A program made the translations under genes and the position numbers. Below, in pieces: positions 26,850-40,244 of a DNA stretch of 64,000 bases. Origin of the DNA: Eledone cirrhosa (taxonomy: Eukaryota); the NCBI GenBank assembly GCA_964016885.1, contig OZ024755.1:2170001-2234000 (forward strand), in the 5' to 3' direction. Under the pieces are notes generated by a model that worked only from the letters and a program-made list of their open reading frames with translations, had not been told where the DNA came from and did not search any database. Positions within the stretch are counted from its first letter, which is position 1. Each line of letters starts with the position of its first letter.

Positions 26850-27630
26850 TCTCTTTTTCTCTCTCTCTCAGATGCGCTCACACACACACACACACACACA
26901 CGTTCTTTTGCTCATACTATGATATATTTAATTCGTGAACAAAAGCCCCTTGTGTCACTGTTAAATCCATTCCTCTGTTGACCAAAACCTGTCGATGCTC
27001 ATTTGAAAAACCCAGAGAAATCTTGGCACGGATTTTACACTAAAATTGGCAGCAGTTCCATGGCAGACAACGCTTGCGTCTCTTTACAGGAAGATCGACG
27101 AAGTCTTAGAGCAGAAAACATCAATGATGCAGCTGCCAATTCTCAAAGGTTACAGACAAAAACAAAAAAGGAAAGAACAAACTAAGATAAATAACAACAA
27201 ATATAAAAAAAGGATGAAACACTACAAATTCGCAGACATTTTCGTCTGTTCCTTCGATGTTATTTTTGTATAATATATTTATGGGTTGTTTTTGTTGAGT
27301 TTTGTTGTCGTTTTGTTTAACGAGAGGGGTTTCTGTTTGTTGTGTTATTGTGTTGTTTGTGTTTTTTAGGGTTGGAAAGTTTTCTGTTTGTTTCCATTCC
27401 CTTTAATTTGATTGGTTATAAAGAGAGAAGGGGGTAGATAATTGTTTCTATGTGCGTGCGAACATACACACACACACAAACAAACATAGGCACACACAAA
27501 CATACACACACAAACATACACACACAGAGACACACACAAACAAACATAGACAGACACATACATATATATATATGTAGGAAAACGATCGAAGATGTTTCGG
27601 TCCTATCCGATGACTTCGTCTCAGTGTTAT

Positions 27631-27662
<32 letters not shown>

Positions 27663-28094
27663 TGTGCTTGTGTGTATCTATGTGTGTGTATGTATGTATA
27701 TGTATGTATGTGTGTGTATGTATGTATGTGTATGTATGTATATGTATGTGTGTGTGTGTATTTGTATGTATATATAAATGTTTCATTCGGTTTCTGATTA
27801 TTCTGTTGTTTAAGACATGTGTAGATGTGAGCGACAGCAATACGATGGCTGTGGTGTAACGGTGTTTGGTCTACGTCGCCATTTTATGCACATATGTAAA
27901 CAAGACAGAAAGAAAATTGTCTTGACGAACAACCTTTTTTTTCCCCTTTTTTCCTCTTGACCCGAGACCCTTATTTAGAGACAGGTTTCAACAGATTATA
28001 AATATGATTGGCCTTGGTGAGATTTGAACTCACCACGTGAAGAACTGGAGATAAATACAGCAAAGTAATGTTGTCCGGCGCTCTAGCGATATTT

Positions 28095-28311
28095 ATACAC
28101 AGCTCCGATATTAGAGGCAGAAGACCGGAGGTAGACCCTGAGCAAGATGGTTGCATAACATCCATGAGCTTGGCTTGTCTTGGTTGGGGATCCAGCGAGA
28201 TCAGTTGGAGATGGTGGCTGCTGACAGGACCTGCTTGAAGGAGGGTTTGAGGACTCTGATCCCACAACTCTCTCAGGAAGAAGAAGAAGAAGAAGAAGAA
28301 GAAGAAGAAGA
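28095..28311 (+). mobile_element. RTE-clade LINE 3' end remnant with (GAA)n tail
   Basis: DIRGRRP/GRP*ARWLHNIHELGLSWLGIQRDQLEMVAADRTCLKEGLRTLIPQLS matches the RP-GRP-RW...A-DR C-terminus of RTE ORFs; one frameshift and one stop. Confidence 0.85.
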
Positions 28312-28757
28312 AATCTATTACTCTATTCTGAACATTGAATATGAATTTCTTTTGACATATGACGTAAGCGTTAGTTGATTGCACTGCACCCCCACCACCC
28401 TCTCAGGGATAAGTGGGCGAAGAAAAAACCCCCCAAAATGAGAAGTTCTACCGATATTGCCAATCCTACGAGATTTGAAATGAGAAGTGTTCAGTGACGC
28501 AAGTGTGTGTAATTCTTATATTATAAAGCATGACCAAGAGAATTAATGTCAAACTACACAAGACCGGGTATCCAGACCGGGTTACTGGCTAGACACAGCT
28601 AACCAGGAAATTACTTATATTACTTGGCACTACGCCTAAAAATAGAAAGGCTTTTATAGTTTGGTCAGTGGACTATTAGAGCTGTCAGCGTTTAATGGTT
28701 TTAATACGTCCATAGTTTTATGTCTGATTGCATGTAATGTGTATATATATATGTGTG

Positions 28758-28817
<60 letters not shown>

Positions 28818-29096
28818 TGTGTGTGTGTTTTATTTATATATATGCACATATATGTGTGTGTGTATATATATATGCATGTATGTGCATATATACATGTATG
28901 TGCATATATGCACGTGTGCGTGTATGTGCATATATGCACATATATGTGTGTATGGATATATATGCAGATATATGTGTGTGTGTAGTAGTGGTGGTGGTGG
29001 TGGTGGGGTGGGGAGAATATTGAGAGTGACAGATAGAAATATTGATAAATATAGATAAGGAAGGGAGGAAATTGAGAGAGATATAGACAGATAGAT

Positions 29097-29457
29097 AACT
29101 TTCTTTTTATTTGCCACCAGGGCATCAAAAAGTGGGACTGGTACAATGGGGGGAGTTTACATAAAAAGCCGTCCTCAATAAGGAGGAGGCAATAACAAGA
29201 TATAACAAATACAATATAAAATATAACAAGGAGGCGCCTTGGGGAGTCGCACACACCCCCGAAAAAAAAGTGTGCAACCCTTCTCCTCTGATGTAGAGTG
29301 AAGGCCCATTCACATGCGCCATTCTCTCCACTTTCACCCATCTTTCATAAAAACGGCTGGGGTACAGCACCTCTCTCTCCATCCTGATCCTTCTTCCGAA
29401 ATGATATCGGAAGAAACGGACCAGTTGTTGGCCAGAGAGAAAGGTGTCTAACCTCAG
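29097..29457 (-). mobile_element. Tx1/L1-type non-LTR retrotransposon 3' end, embedded in (TATC)n
   Basis: LRLDTFLSGQQLVRFFRYHFGRRIRMEREVLYPSRFYERWVKVERM resembles the R-R-E...F-ERW C-terminus of Tx1/L1 ORF2; followed by a 3' UTR ending aataaaaagaaag; GATA-type repeats on both sides. Confidence 0.7.
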
Positions 29458-29475
29458 ATAGATAGACAGGTAGAC

Positions 29476-29564
<89 letters not shown>

Positions 29565-29955
29565 GAATTGGGAGAGGGAAAGAGAACCTCAATATGTTAC
29601 ATTCACTGAACATGCGTTAGTAATACGGAGGATAGAGGCGTTAGCTTTAGTTCAGAAATAAACACTCTATTTTCAAATCCAATATAGTATTATGTATGTA
29701 AGCAAGAGACATAGGATGACAATTGGAGAATATATGGTGAAGTCGTAGATATTTAGAACATGTATTAAACCTAAAGATGAGATTAATTAACGAGAAGAAT
29801 GTTCATAATAGGTTTCTCTTTATATTCATTGTAGATAAATGTTGCTGAGATTTGGATAAAAGTAATGGTGGACAAAAGAAATTGATGGAATTTATACTAT
29901 ATTTCATACACACCTCGATATCATCTACCAATCTATCTCTCTATCTCCCCATCCC

Positions 29956-30109
<154 letters not shown>

Positions 30110-30446
30110 GGAGGCTTAGTAAAATCGAATCTCTGGCGGTGTCCAAGCAAATTCGACCTACGATATGAATGAGTTAGCAAAGCACTCGACTAGGTAGGTC
30201 CCTAGAGTAATAACATACCTTTAAATAGCTTGACAAATTGAACATTGTGGTAGGCAAAATCTAACACACAATACCAAAGTAACGAAAGAACTAACAGGTT
30301 GAGAAAAAAAAAAATATATATATATATATATATATGTGTGTATATATTTGTTTGTCTATCTCTCTATCCCATATGTATATATATAAATATATATGGGATG
30401 GAGAGATAGACAGATATATATATGTATGTATATATATATATATATA

Positions 30447-30567
30447 AATGTGAAGACTAAAATCCAAAGAGAGCTCGATAAGGATAAATATATATCAAAT
30501 ATATAAGAACCGTAGAGCAAATATTTATTAAAATAACAGATTAAACTTTAATCTGTTATTTCAATAA

Positions 30568-30572
<5 letters not shown>
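30447..30572. mobile_element. (TA)n-embedded mini-element ending in a fold-back hairpin
   Basis: Unique segment followed by tttattaaaataacagattaaa-c-tttaatctgttatttcaataaa; its start (aaatgtgaaga.taaaatc) recurs near 20821. Confidence 0.5.
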
Positions 30573-30605
<33 letters not shown>

Positions 30606-30639
30606 AATGGTGAGATAGACAGACAGATATATATATATG

Positions 30640-30721
<82 letters not shown>

Positions 30722-31430
30722 ATGCGTGTGTGTGTGTGTGTTTTATGTACTACAATTTGTGATCTTTGTGCCTCGATAGAATAAAATATTCTACGAGACA
30801 CTTTTTAGCAATTCTGAACAAAAGGTTGGAATTGATGAATCTTAGACATACAACTGTTTCGTTTTATTGAAGAATTCTACCAACTTACTAAAATAGTTTA
30901 TTTCTAAATTAATAGGCATGATATAGCCAGAGAGGATCAAGGAAATGAAACTTAGTATTCCTTTATTCAATAACAATAAAACTTCCTTCAATAAGAATAA
31001 CCGCTTCTTTTTTTCCTTTGTGTGATTTATACACAAGATACAGAAGGACTGTTTATCACGTCTGCTACATCATATGTATAAAACAAATACAGACACGTGA
31101 TTTAGCACCTGAACATTTGAAAGTATCCACTGTTCTGTGTCAGACAGATGAAACTGTGACACATTTTCTAACATATTTTAAAACACCTAATCAGATCTCA
31201 TGTGTAGTATTGATTCCATGTTTGCGAATATTTTTCCTAATCTATTGTCACTTCGCTTTCTTGTTTGAATGGTCTGAATAACTGAAATTAAATTTACGAT
31301 TCAAGAAACTTCAATTTCTAATTGATATATATATATAAACGCATATAAACACACACCTATATATATACATATATATACATATAAACACAGACACAAACAA
31401 ATATATATATATGTGTTTATATACATAGGC

Positions 31431-31475
<45 letters not shown>

Positions 31476-31477
31476 GG

Positions 31478-31536
<59 letters not shown>

Positions 31537-32019
31537 TGAGTACATGTATGTGTACATGAGAGAGAGTAAAAGAGAGGGGGAGAAGAAAGAAAGACGATAC
31601 AAGCATGGGTAAAGAAGTCACTGTAATTTATACCAGTTCTAGAAATATATTAGAATGCAGAGAGACTTGAAATGTATTTAATTAAAGAAGAATATATCGT
31701 CGCGGCCGCCATCTTTAGAGTTACGGAACATAAAGTTTTTCACCGAAAAAAATTAAAATAAAAAAAAACGAATTATAATTTTCTACTGCAGACAACAGGC
31801 ACCAAAACTAATAACAGTTTGTATATAACAACATGAACAATAAAAAAAAACAATACTGGTGGTTGTGGTGTGTAGTGGTGGTGGTGGTTGGTGGTGGTGG
31901 TGGTGGTGGTAGTAGTAGTGGTGCTGGTGGTGGTGGTGGTAGTGGTGGTGGTAGTAGTACATAACTAATAGCCATAACAAAAACGACTAACAACAACAAT
32001 AGCAACACTAACCATATAG

Positions 32020-32235
32020 AGAATTGGGTTCACAAGTGTGAGGTTGTGAATTCGATTCCCGGGCGATGCGTTATGTCCTTCAGCAAAACACTTTATTTCA
32101 CGTTGCTCCTTCTGTCTGGATTTGCGACTGATAGATAGTACTAGCAATTGGAAAGACCAATGGAAACATTGTTTCCTCGGTCCGATTTAACGAGCTCCAC
32201 CCCACTCTTTAAGCAAATGAGGTCTGGGATCTTTT
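32020..32235 (+). mobile_element. Family-B SINE with tail type 3
   Basis: gaattcgattccc B-box, ttatgtccttcagcaaaacactttatttcacgttgctcc core, tail shared with 7440-7555. Confidence 0.75.
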
Positions 32236-32422
32236 CAATCTACTAAATATATATCATCAGGTTCTGATGAGCGATTTCAGACGTCTCTGTTGGGCTCGTC
32301 TGTCTTCATGAAACCTTTGGTAAATGGAATAATTGTCTTATGTTGTTTATTACATAATTAAATAGCTTTGTAGCATACATAGAGCACTCTCCTTTCCTTT
32401 ACCCTTCCTACGGAAATACTTC

Positions 32423-32474
<52 letters not shown>

Positions 32475-33359
32475 GTTTATGTGAAATCGTGTGTTGCAAC
32501 TGATATTGTTATATTTGAAGAATAACTTTCTTTTCGTCAATATTTGAACTCAGAATGTAAAGAGCCGGAACAAACACTGCTAAACACTAACTACTTCTTT
32601 CTTCCTCAATACCTGTTGACAGACGATAAACTGCAGTATACAGCATTGTGAAATTCTTTATAATTTTCAATATATTATTTACGTCATTGCCAGACCTATC
32701 TTTATAAAGACAATATTGTTTATAGCAATTATGAAACATATTGTCTGAAAATTCTATAAGATGGATAGTAACTTAAAACATTCTTCTATTAATTTACTTG
32801 ATTGCTCTTATCGTTACGCTTGTGCATTCAGCTTTATAATTATTTTGGGGGTTTTTTTTTTGTGTATACATTTTAGAACTGTTGCTTCTTTTAAAAAAAA
32901 ACAAACAGATAAAGCGAAATGAAATTAGCAATTAGGAGAACTTCATTTTCTTCAAGCTTGACTCATTGCAAAATAATCCGTTAGTAGACCAAAAAAATAG
33001 ATTCCATATTTTCTGTTTTAAAATTTGTCTCACTTGCTCCCCGCAGATAAAAGAGTATAAGTGTTGCCGCTGGTATCCAGCTGAGAGAAGATGTTCTTTG
33101 AAAGCTATTGATTTTATAAATTCATAGCACAAATGGAGAATTTACAAGAAAAAATAAACTTGGCTGTTTTGCTTTTATCTCATACATAAAGCTACTGGAC
33201 AGCTTCCGGAAACTACTAATAACTTAACAGGTAAAAATACAGGTAATGAAGCAACATATATTACCTGTAGCTTTCGTGGTTCACAATGAGAGCGCTGATA
33301 TAAACAGAGATGAAGCAAATTAAAATATGAACGTCACAAATATTATTATATTCTATATA

Positions 33360-34215
33360 TAAAATAAAGTACCAGTAATGTACTGGGTAATTGCTGGCCT
33401 TGTGCCTAAAGTAGAAACAACTATTATATTCTATATAATAAACAACGATAATATAAAGATTTATCAAAATGGAAATGAAAATAAATCCCCCAAAAGGAAT
33501 CAAGGTTACCAAAGAAAGAACAGAACCTATAATATTAATAACAACCAAACTTTCACCATTAAGAAATGGTCAAATACACAAACATTGGCTGGACAACTGA
33601 AAGGGTTCCAATCACCTGTAGATACTATATAACATACATAGAAGGAAACTAAATGGTCGTTCGATATTCTTGGTCGCTTGATTAGCTAGATTCAAAAGAC
33701 AAAGATTATTACGCCCCTTTCCATTCTGAGTTCAAATCCCGCCGAGGTTAACTTTGCCTTTCATCCTTACGGGGTCGATAAAATAAAGAACCAGTAATGT
33801 ACTGGGGGTAATTGCTGGCCTTGTGCCTAAAGTAGAAACAATTGTTATAACCCCCTTAAGGTATTAATTCAAAACCTAAGCTGATTTTTAGTTCCCATCT
33901 ATAGGAAAATTATTGGCTTTTTGTATTGCTGTCAATTTTTAGTACATTTTTTGTCATGCAAAATAATATTAGGTTTATTATGTAACATCTGGTAGTTGGG
34001 GGGGGGGGGGGGGTTAGCAGTGTCGGTAGAGTGTCGGACACCATGTTTTGTAGTACATAATTACGGTCTTTTATGTTCTGATTTTAAATCCCGCCGAAGT
34101 TAGCTTTGCCTTTTATCTTTATGGGGTTAGTAAAGTAAATTACCAGTAATGCACTGGGGGCGATTTAATCGACTTTCACCTCTCCCAAAATTGTTGCCTA
34201 AATCAGAAGCTATTA
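33360..34215 (+). mobile_element. Three family-A SINE copies (33360-33420 5'-truncated with TSD; 33722-33845; 34010-34215)
   Basis: Consensus match; direct repeat tattatattctatatataa flanks the first fragment. Confidence 0.85.
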
Positions 34216-35810
34216 TGTAATATTTGGTTATCTGTCTAATTGTTTTATTAATTTCAGTGTGTGTGTGCAGCTGCAATACCTGGGAAAGACTCACTGACCA
34301 ACGAACTTTAGTGACTGACCACTGACCGACATATGTGTTCTATAAAGTCTCATATATTTACGTGGATATTATTGTAATTGTGCTGGATCACAAAATAAAT
34401 ACATGAGGATCAGTCAGTTTTATATTTCATTCATCAGCCATGTACTGCTGTTGATTTAATAATCCTTGTACTCCACCTATTGATGGTTGTATATTTTGTA
34501 ACGTCTATTTATTCCCCCCCCCCCCCCCTCTCTCTCTACCTTTCCATGCTAGTGTTTCCTTTTAAACGAGATAGAAACTTTGCTTCTCAAAAGATTATGG
34601 TCAGAGAGAGAAATTATTACTGAAGTAGCGCTTGTAAATTTGATGTGTTGCCAATCACGTTTCCTTACAATGATGAAGTTGATTTGATGCCAATGACCAG
34701 TGTGTGGATGTCCGTGTTGATTTGAAGCTGATTAGAAAAACTAAACATGTGTTTATGATAACTATTTGTTTCTCAGTTCAGAGAGTTGGTACGAGAGTGA
34801 CATTTGAACTTCCCTTCACGATAGGATAACCCATGACGTACTTCCACACCGAATTACCTGTTCTCCTGTTAACATCAAAGTCAATAAATAAGAAAAGTTT
34901 ATTGGAGTGTGAGATAGGCTGCTCGTGAAGTCTGCTTTTACCTTATATGGTTAAAACATTGTGGAAGTATACATATGTAGAGCCGTGGATATTAAAACAC
35001 ACGACACTAAATACAAACTGTAAGTTGTAGGTATTCTATGAAGAGTTTGGTCCACAAAATGATGTGGCTGTTGTTGCTTACAGGATACACAATCAGGTAT
35101 GTGATATCATTTTTAGCCGGTTATTAATATTTTGACTTGGGATTTGGGTCTATGAAGGCAAAGGGGGTTCAACTGAGATTTTAAGATCTGGGATGGAGCA
35201 AAATTACTAACACAGGATAAACAACAAGAAAAACGGAAATTCCTATCTCCTCGGTCAACTTCTGAAAAGTATCCAAGACAAGGGATGAATAAGATTTAAA
35301 ATTGTGTGTGTGTTGCATGGGTGAATCTTCACTACTAAGTATACACAAGTACAACACTAAGACAGATATCAGTCTTTATAAAACCTATGAGATCACCTAG
35401 AGTTGATCTGACATCACCTTCAACCCTCTTTATCTACAACGACTGTATCAACACAACATACTATTTATATCTCTAACAAAACACATGTACATTTTAAACT
35501 ACTTTAGCGCCAATTCTTTAAACATCTCTCTCTCTCTCTCGCCACATATACATATATAATGAAGCCACATGTGCCAATTATGCATTGTTGCATTATATAT
35601 GCGGACAGAGGGGGAAGAACACCCTACTGCTGCATTAAGTGTGGCCGAAACTCGACTTCGGGAACTATTATAGGTACCCGGTTACGTGTGTTGTATTGAA
35701 GCGAATAACTATGTGTATGCTCTGGGAATGTATCTTACATTACCTATTGAGTACTCTGAGATACAACCGGTACTGGCATTGATACCTCTGCTGTGTCCGT
35801 CAACTTCTTA

Positions 35811-35859
<49 letters not shown>

Positions 35860-36171
35860 ACTTTTACACATATGGTGTATCCAAGGCAGTTTTTTCTTTC
35901 TTAAACTTGGTGGAACCCTCTCCAGCCAGGTCTAGATACTACAACAGATTTCTTCCAGAGAAAGATGGAAAGTGTGAGAAAGAGATATAGAGGAATAATT
36001 GACCCCATTACAAGACTGGTACTGTTTCATCAACCTCGAAAAGATGAAAGGCAAAGTTGACCACAGTGGGATTTGAACTCAGAGAGCAGAGAACCAAAAC
36101 AAATACCGAACGACTGTCATTGTATCTGACGTGTGTGTCTGTATGTATGTGTGTGAGTCTGTATGTGTGTG

Positions 36172-36408
36172 TGTAACAGCTCACACCTGTGCAGGTTTAG
36201 CTTGCCTCCTCCAAGGTATATCTCGTTGGAGGTCTCTTGGGTAATAATGATATGGACCCCAGTCCCTATCCTCTCATTTCTACAGCTGAGTAAACTGGAG
36301 CAACGTGAAATAAAGTCTTGCTCAAGGAAACAACACATCACATGGTTCGAGAATTGAACTCGCAACCTTTCGATTGCAAGCCAATGCTCTAACCACTAAG
36401 CCAAGCGT
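36172..36408 (-). mobile_element. Family-B SINE with tail type 2, ending in CA-rich repeat
   Basis: Reverse complement: tggcttagtggttagagc...gagttcaattctc, core ctttatttcacgttgctccagtttactcagctg, tail gacctccaacgagatataccttggaggaggc shared with 59788-59900. Confidence 0.85.
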
Positions 36409-36984
36409 GTGTGTGTCTGTATGTGTACGTTTGTGTGCATGTTTATGTCTGTGTGTATGTCTCTGTGTATGTGTGTGCTATCACATGTGTATTCGTGCCT
36501 TTTTAGCCAATTGTTAAGAAAGATGCGAAGTGTAGTTGTTCCCGATGAAAGCCAGATAGATGTTTACATCGTTAAGCCATAAAGTTAATTAGATGACTGA
36601 CATTTCGCATTTCTCTGCTAGCCAGATGCTTGAACAACCATTCCGGTTGTCATTAAGAAACAATTCTCCCTTGAATATCTTTCTTCCTCTCCCCACCCGC
36701 CTTTCGTCTCACTCTTTAAACTGTCGCAGCAATTGCCTTCCCCAATTGAAACTCAAACGAATAGGTCATGGTTGATAAGCTTGACGCGATTCTGTCCACG
36801 TTAGAAAACGTTTTATGGCTGAAGAGACATCTAAGTATGACTGGTCAACTAATATTTTCATTAGTGAATGTTTCAACACAACCAATGTCATTGATATTCT
36901 TAGTCTTCTCTTTCACTATTAAATTAGTTGCAGTAGAAAAAGCATAAGTAAGTCATTTATTTACCCACTAAGATCTCTCAAAGT

Positions 36985-37190
36985 TTGTTGGTTGGTTGGC
37001 TGGTTGGTTGGTTGGTTCTCTGGCTGGTTGGTTGGTTGGTTCTCTGGCTGGCTGGTTGGTTGGTTGGTTCTCTGGCTGGCTGGTTGGTTGGTTGGTTGGT
37101 TCTCTGGCTGGCTGGTTGGTTGGTTGGTTGGTTCTCTGGCTGGCTGGTTGTTGGTTCTATAGCTGGCTGGTTGGTTGGTTGTCTGGCTCT
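36985..37190. repeat. (GGTT/GGCT)n compound tetranucleotide repeat
   Basis: Directly visible; a similar tract lies at ~55660-55930. Confidence 0.9.
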
Positions 37191-38344
37191 AACTGGTTAA
37201 CAACCAGCCAAAGCCGGGCAACCAACCATTCAGTCTCACTCTATCACTTTTCTCACGTATCTACCAGTCAACCATTCAGCCACCTATCTACCAGTTCTTG
37301 TCTCCTCTTCTCCCCCCCCCCTATCTACTAACCAGCCAACCAACCATTCATTGCCCACCCTCTTTCTCCCCCACCGATCTACCAGTGCTTGTGTGCACCC
37401 CACCCCACCTATCTACCATACCCAGTGAACACCCAATATGTGTTTGTGCGTGTCAGTTTGTCTCTTTATTGGTCGGCTTCTTTGTCAATGGTTAATCTCT
37501 ATCTAATCGCTTTTATATTGTTTGCTTTAGCTAACCTCTTAACTTGTTCAGTAAACAACATTGAAAATAGATTTCTTCTATTTACTCTTCGCTGCTGTTG
37601 TTGTTGTTGTCGTCGTCTTTGTTATTTGTGTAAAATGCATATAAATATTTCACATGGGTTTTATCATTTCTCATTTCCACGATAGTATGTTTATATATTA
37701 ACTTAAGAAGAGATTATAAACTCTAAGCTTCACACTATTTCCTAATTGCTGTGAACAGGAAAGGGCAGATTGTATTTCCGTTAACGGTAATCTAACGGAT
37801 ATTTGGTGAAGTCTTGTTCCATAGTCTTTGATCTTTTATAACACACCAAAAAAACGAAAAGGATTAAAGAATTCACTATACATTTTTTTTATTTTTTTTA
37901 TTTTTTTTTTATTTTTAAGAACAGTTCAAAACGTCTTAAGCTGCTGCAAACATTTTAGATTTTAATATAATGTATAACTTTGTTGAAGTAATTTAGCGAG
38001 AGATGTATTTAGAGACCAGATGTTGGGACTAAAATAATCACCTTCTGGTAGATTCTGGGCGACAATTTGATAGATTTACAGTGTCAAGGGTCAGGGTGTT
38101 AAATGTACAACAAAAGATTTCGTAAGTAATAACGTATAAAAGTACAAACCGATGCACAAGTGTGTAGGATATTATATATGTACAGATCAAATAAAATATC
38201 CTATGACTGTTTTGAGAGGAATTATCCACTAATATCTTAAGAGTGTTAGTTCGTATCTCGGGTGTGTAGCAAGAAAGACTCCCCCTCTTTATAGTAATTA
38301 GTTTCTAAAGTCTGAAATGGCAGATCTATTCGTTCCCTAATAAT

Positions 38345-38742
38345 ATTTGTTTCTACTTTTGTGGTACAAGACCGGCAATAACCCCAGTGCATTACTGGTA
38401 CTTTATTTTATCGACCCCGTAAGGATAAAGGCAAAATTAACCTCGGCGAGATTAGAACTCAAATCGTAAAGGGCCGTAACTCTATGCTGCAAAACATGGC
38501 GTCCTACCCTCTACCGATACTGCCAATCCACCTATAAATAATGGTTTCTGATTTAGGCACAAGGTAAACGATTGGGGGGGGGGGTCGATTAAATTGACCC
38601 CAGTGCATTACTGGGGCTTTATTTTATCGACCCCGTAAGGATAAAAGGCAAAGCTAACCTCGCCAGATTTGAACTCAGAATATAAAGGGGCCTAACTATG
38701 CTGCAATGTTGCAAAGCATGGTATCCGACACTCTGCCAATCC
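38345..38742 (-). mobile_element. Two tandem near-full-length family-A SINEs (short and long variants)
   Basis: Consensus match on the reverse strand. Confidence 0.9.
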
Positions 38743-39207
38743 CTTCATATATATATATGAGACACACAGACAGACATATAGACATAAGTGCTAGTTTTGG
38801 ATTCGCTCCGTCGCTACAGAGACACTCCAGTCACGTGGTGTTCAATCGGGCCAGATCTCAATATTATATAGTCACATGACATGCTATATATATAACGACA
38901 TATGTCATATTGTATATAAACAACCATATGGTATTTCATAAAGCTGTGCAAATCACCGTTGAAAGGTCAGCTTTCTACTCTGCCGCTCAAACCGACATCC
39001 CCGCCTATATACACTCACTGCATCCGGTTATGTGTGTTTTGTGTATATATTTGTATTTGTTTGGCAGTGTTTGTATATATGTGTTTGTGGTTATTTAGGT
39101 ATGTGCATACCATTATCCATCTCTCTCTGTTTGTATAAGTACGACTTTCTGTGTCTCTATGCTAGCGAATGTACAAATATGTGTCCGTATACATAATAAC
39201 GCATACA

Positions 39208-39453
<246 letters not shown>

Positions 39454-39803
39454 ATTGCCTCCTGTGTTTTGTTCATTTATATATATATATATATATATAT
39501 AAAGTGAAATCTCTTAGATGAAAACTGCAAGGTTCCGTATATATATATGTGTGTAATTTCACTCTTCCAGCGCTGCCTAAACTTTCTAGTGTTGTTTACA
39601 GTCTAGCTAATAAGATAACAGTATTAAAATAATTGGGCGTTGATTGGTAATGTCTTTAGTGTAATGGTAACCCACCTTTCCATCATGTAAGCCAGATGTG
39701 GGTTCGCTCTCCACTTTTTCCGCTCAGGAGGATTGATTATAACTCCATATTCTTCACAATCACAACTATTTTATAGTGATATTTCATACATCACTGTTCC
39801 TGA

Positions 39804-39841
<38 letters not shown>

Positions 39842-40244
39842 CACATTGGTTCGGCAAACCAAAGTTGTGGGTTCGTGTCCCATGTACGTGAATACTCATC
39901 CTTTTTTCCATTCAGAGGGTTTTTAAATCCCAACTAACAAACTAACTCTATTTAGTCAAATACGGCGTAAGCACCTGTTACTACCTAATTTTCAAATTCG
40001 CTAGCTGTTTGTAAACAAAGCCTGATTTGTATCTCCCTATACGTGTGTGTGTGTGTGGTGTGTGGTGTGTTTTGCCAATAATTGAACGTTTGAATCTGAC
40101 ATGCAAAAACATGTAGTCAAATATCAGAGAGAGGGGGAGGGGCATAAATGAAGTGCATCAGAAATGAAACATGGATTACAGGTTCAAATATAATCTAGAT
40201 AGATGAGAAACAAAACGAGGATGTAGTTTATGGAACACCCAAAT

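Noticed and set aside
27003-27273. Non-repetitive short ORFs
   Set aside because: No recognisable motif or convincing splice boundaries.
35556-35665. Hammerhead-like gccacat...gtgtggcc-gaaac
   Set aside because: The core is not CUGANGA and there is no valid cleavage triplet or stem I; too degenerate to call.
39650-39890. tRNA genes (two gggttcg T-loop motifs; one ttggt-tcggcaa-accaa anticodon-like hairpin)
   Set aside because: No complete cloverleaf or acceptor stem; probably decayed tRNA-derived repeat heads.
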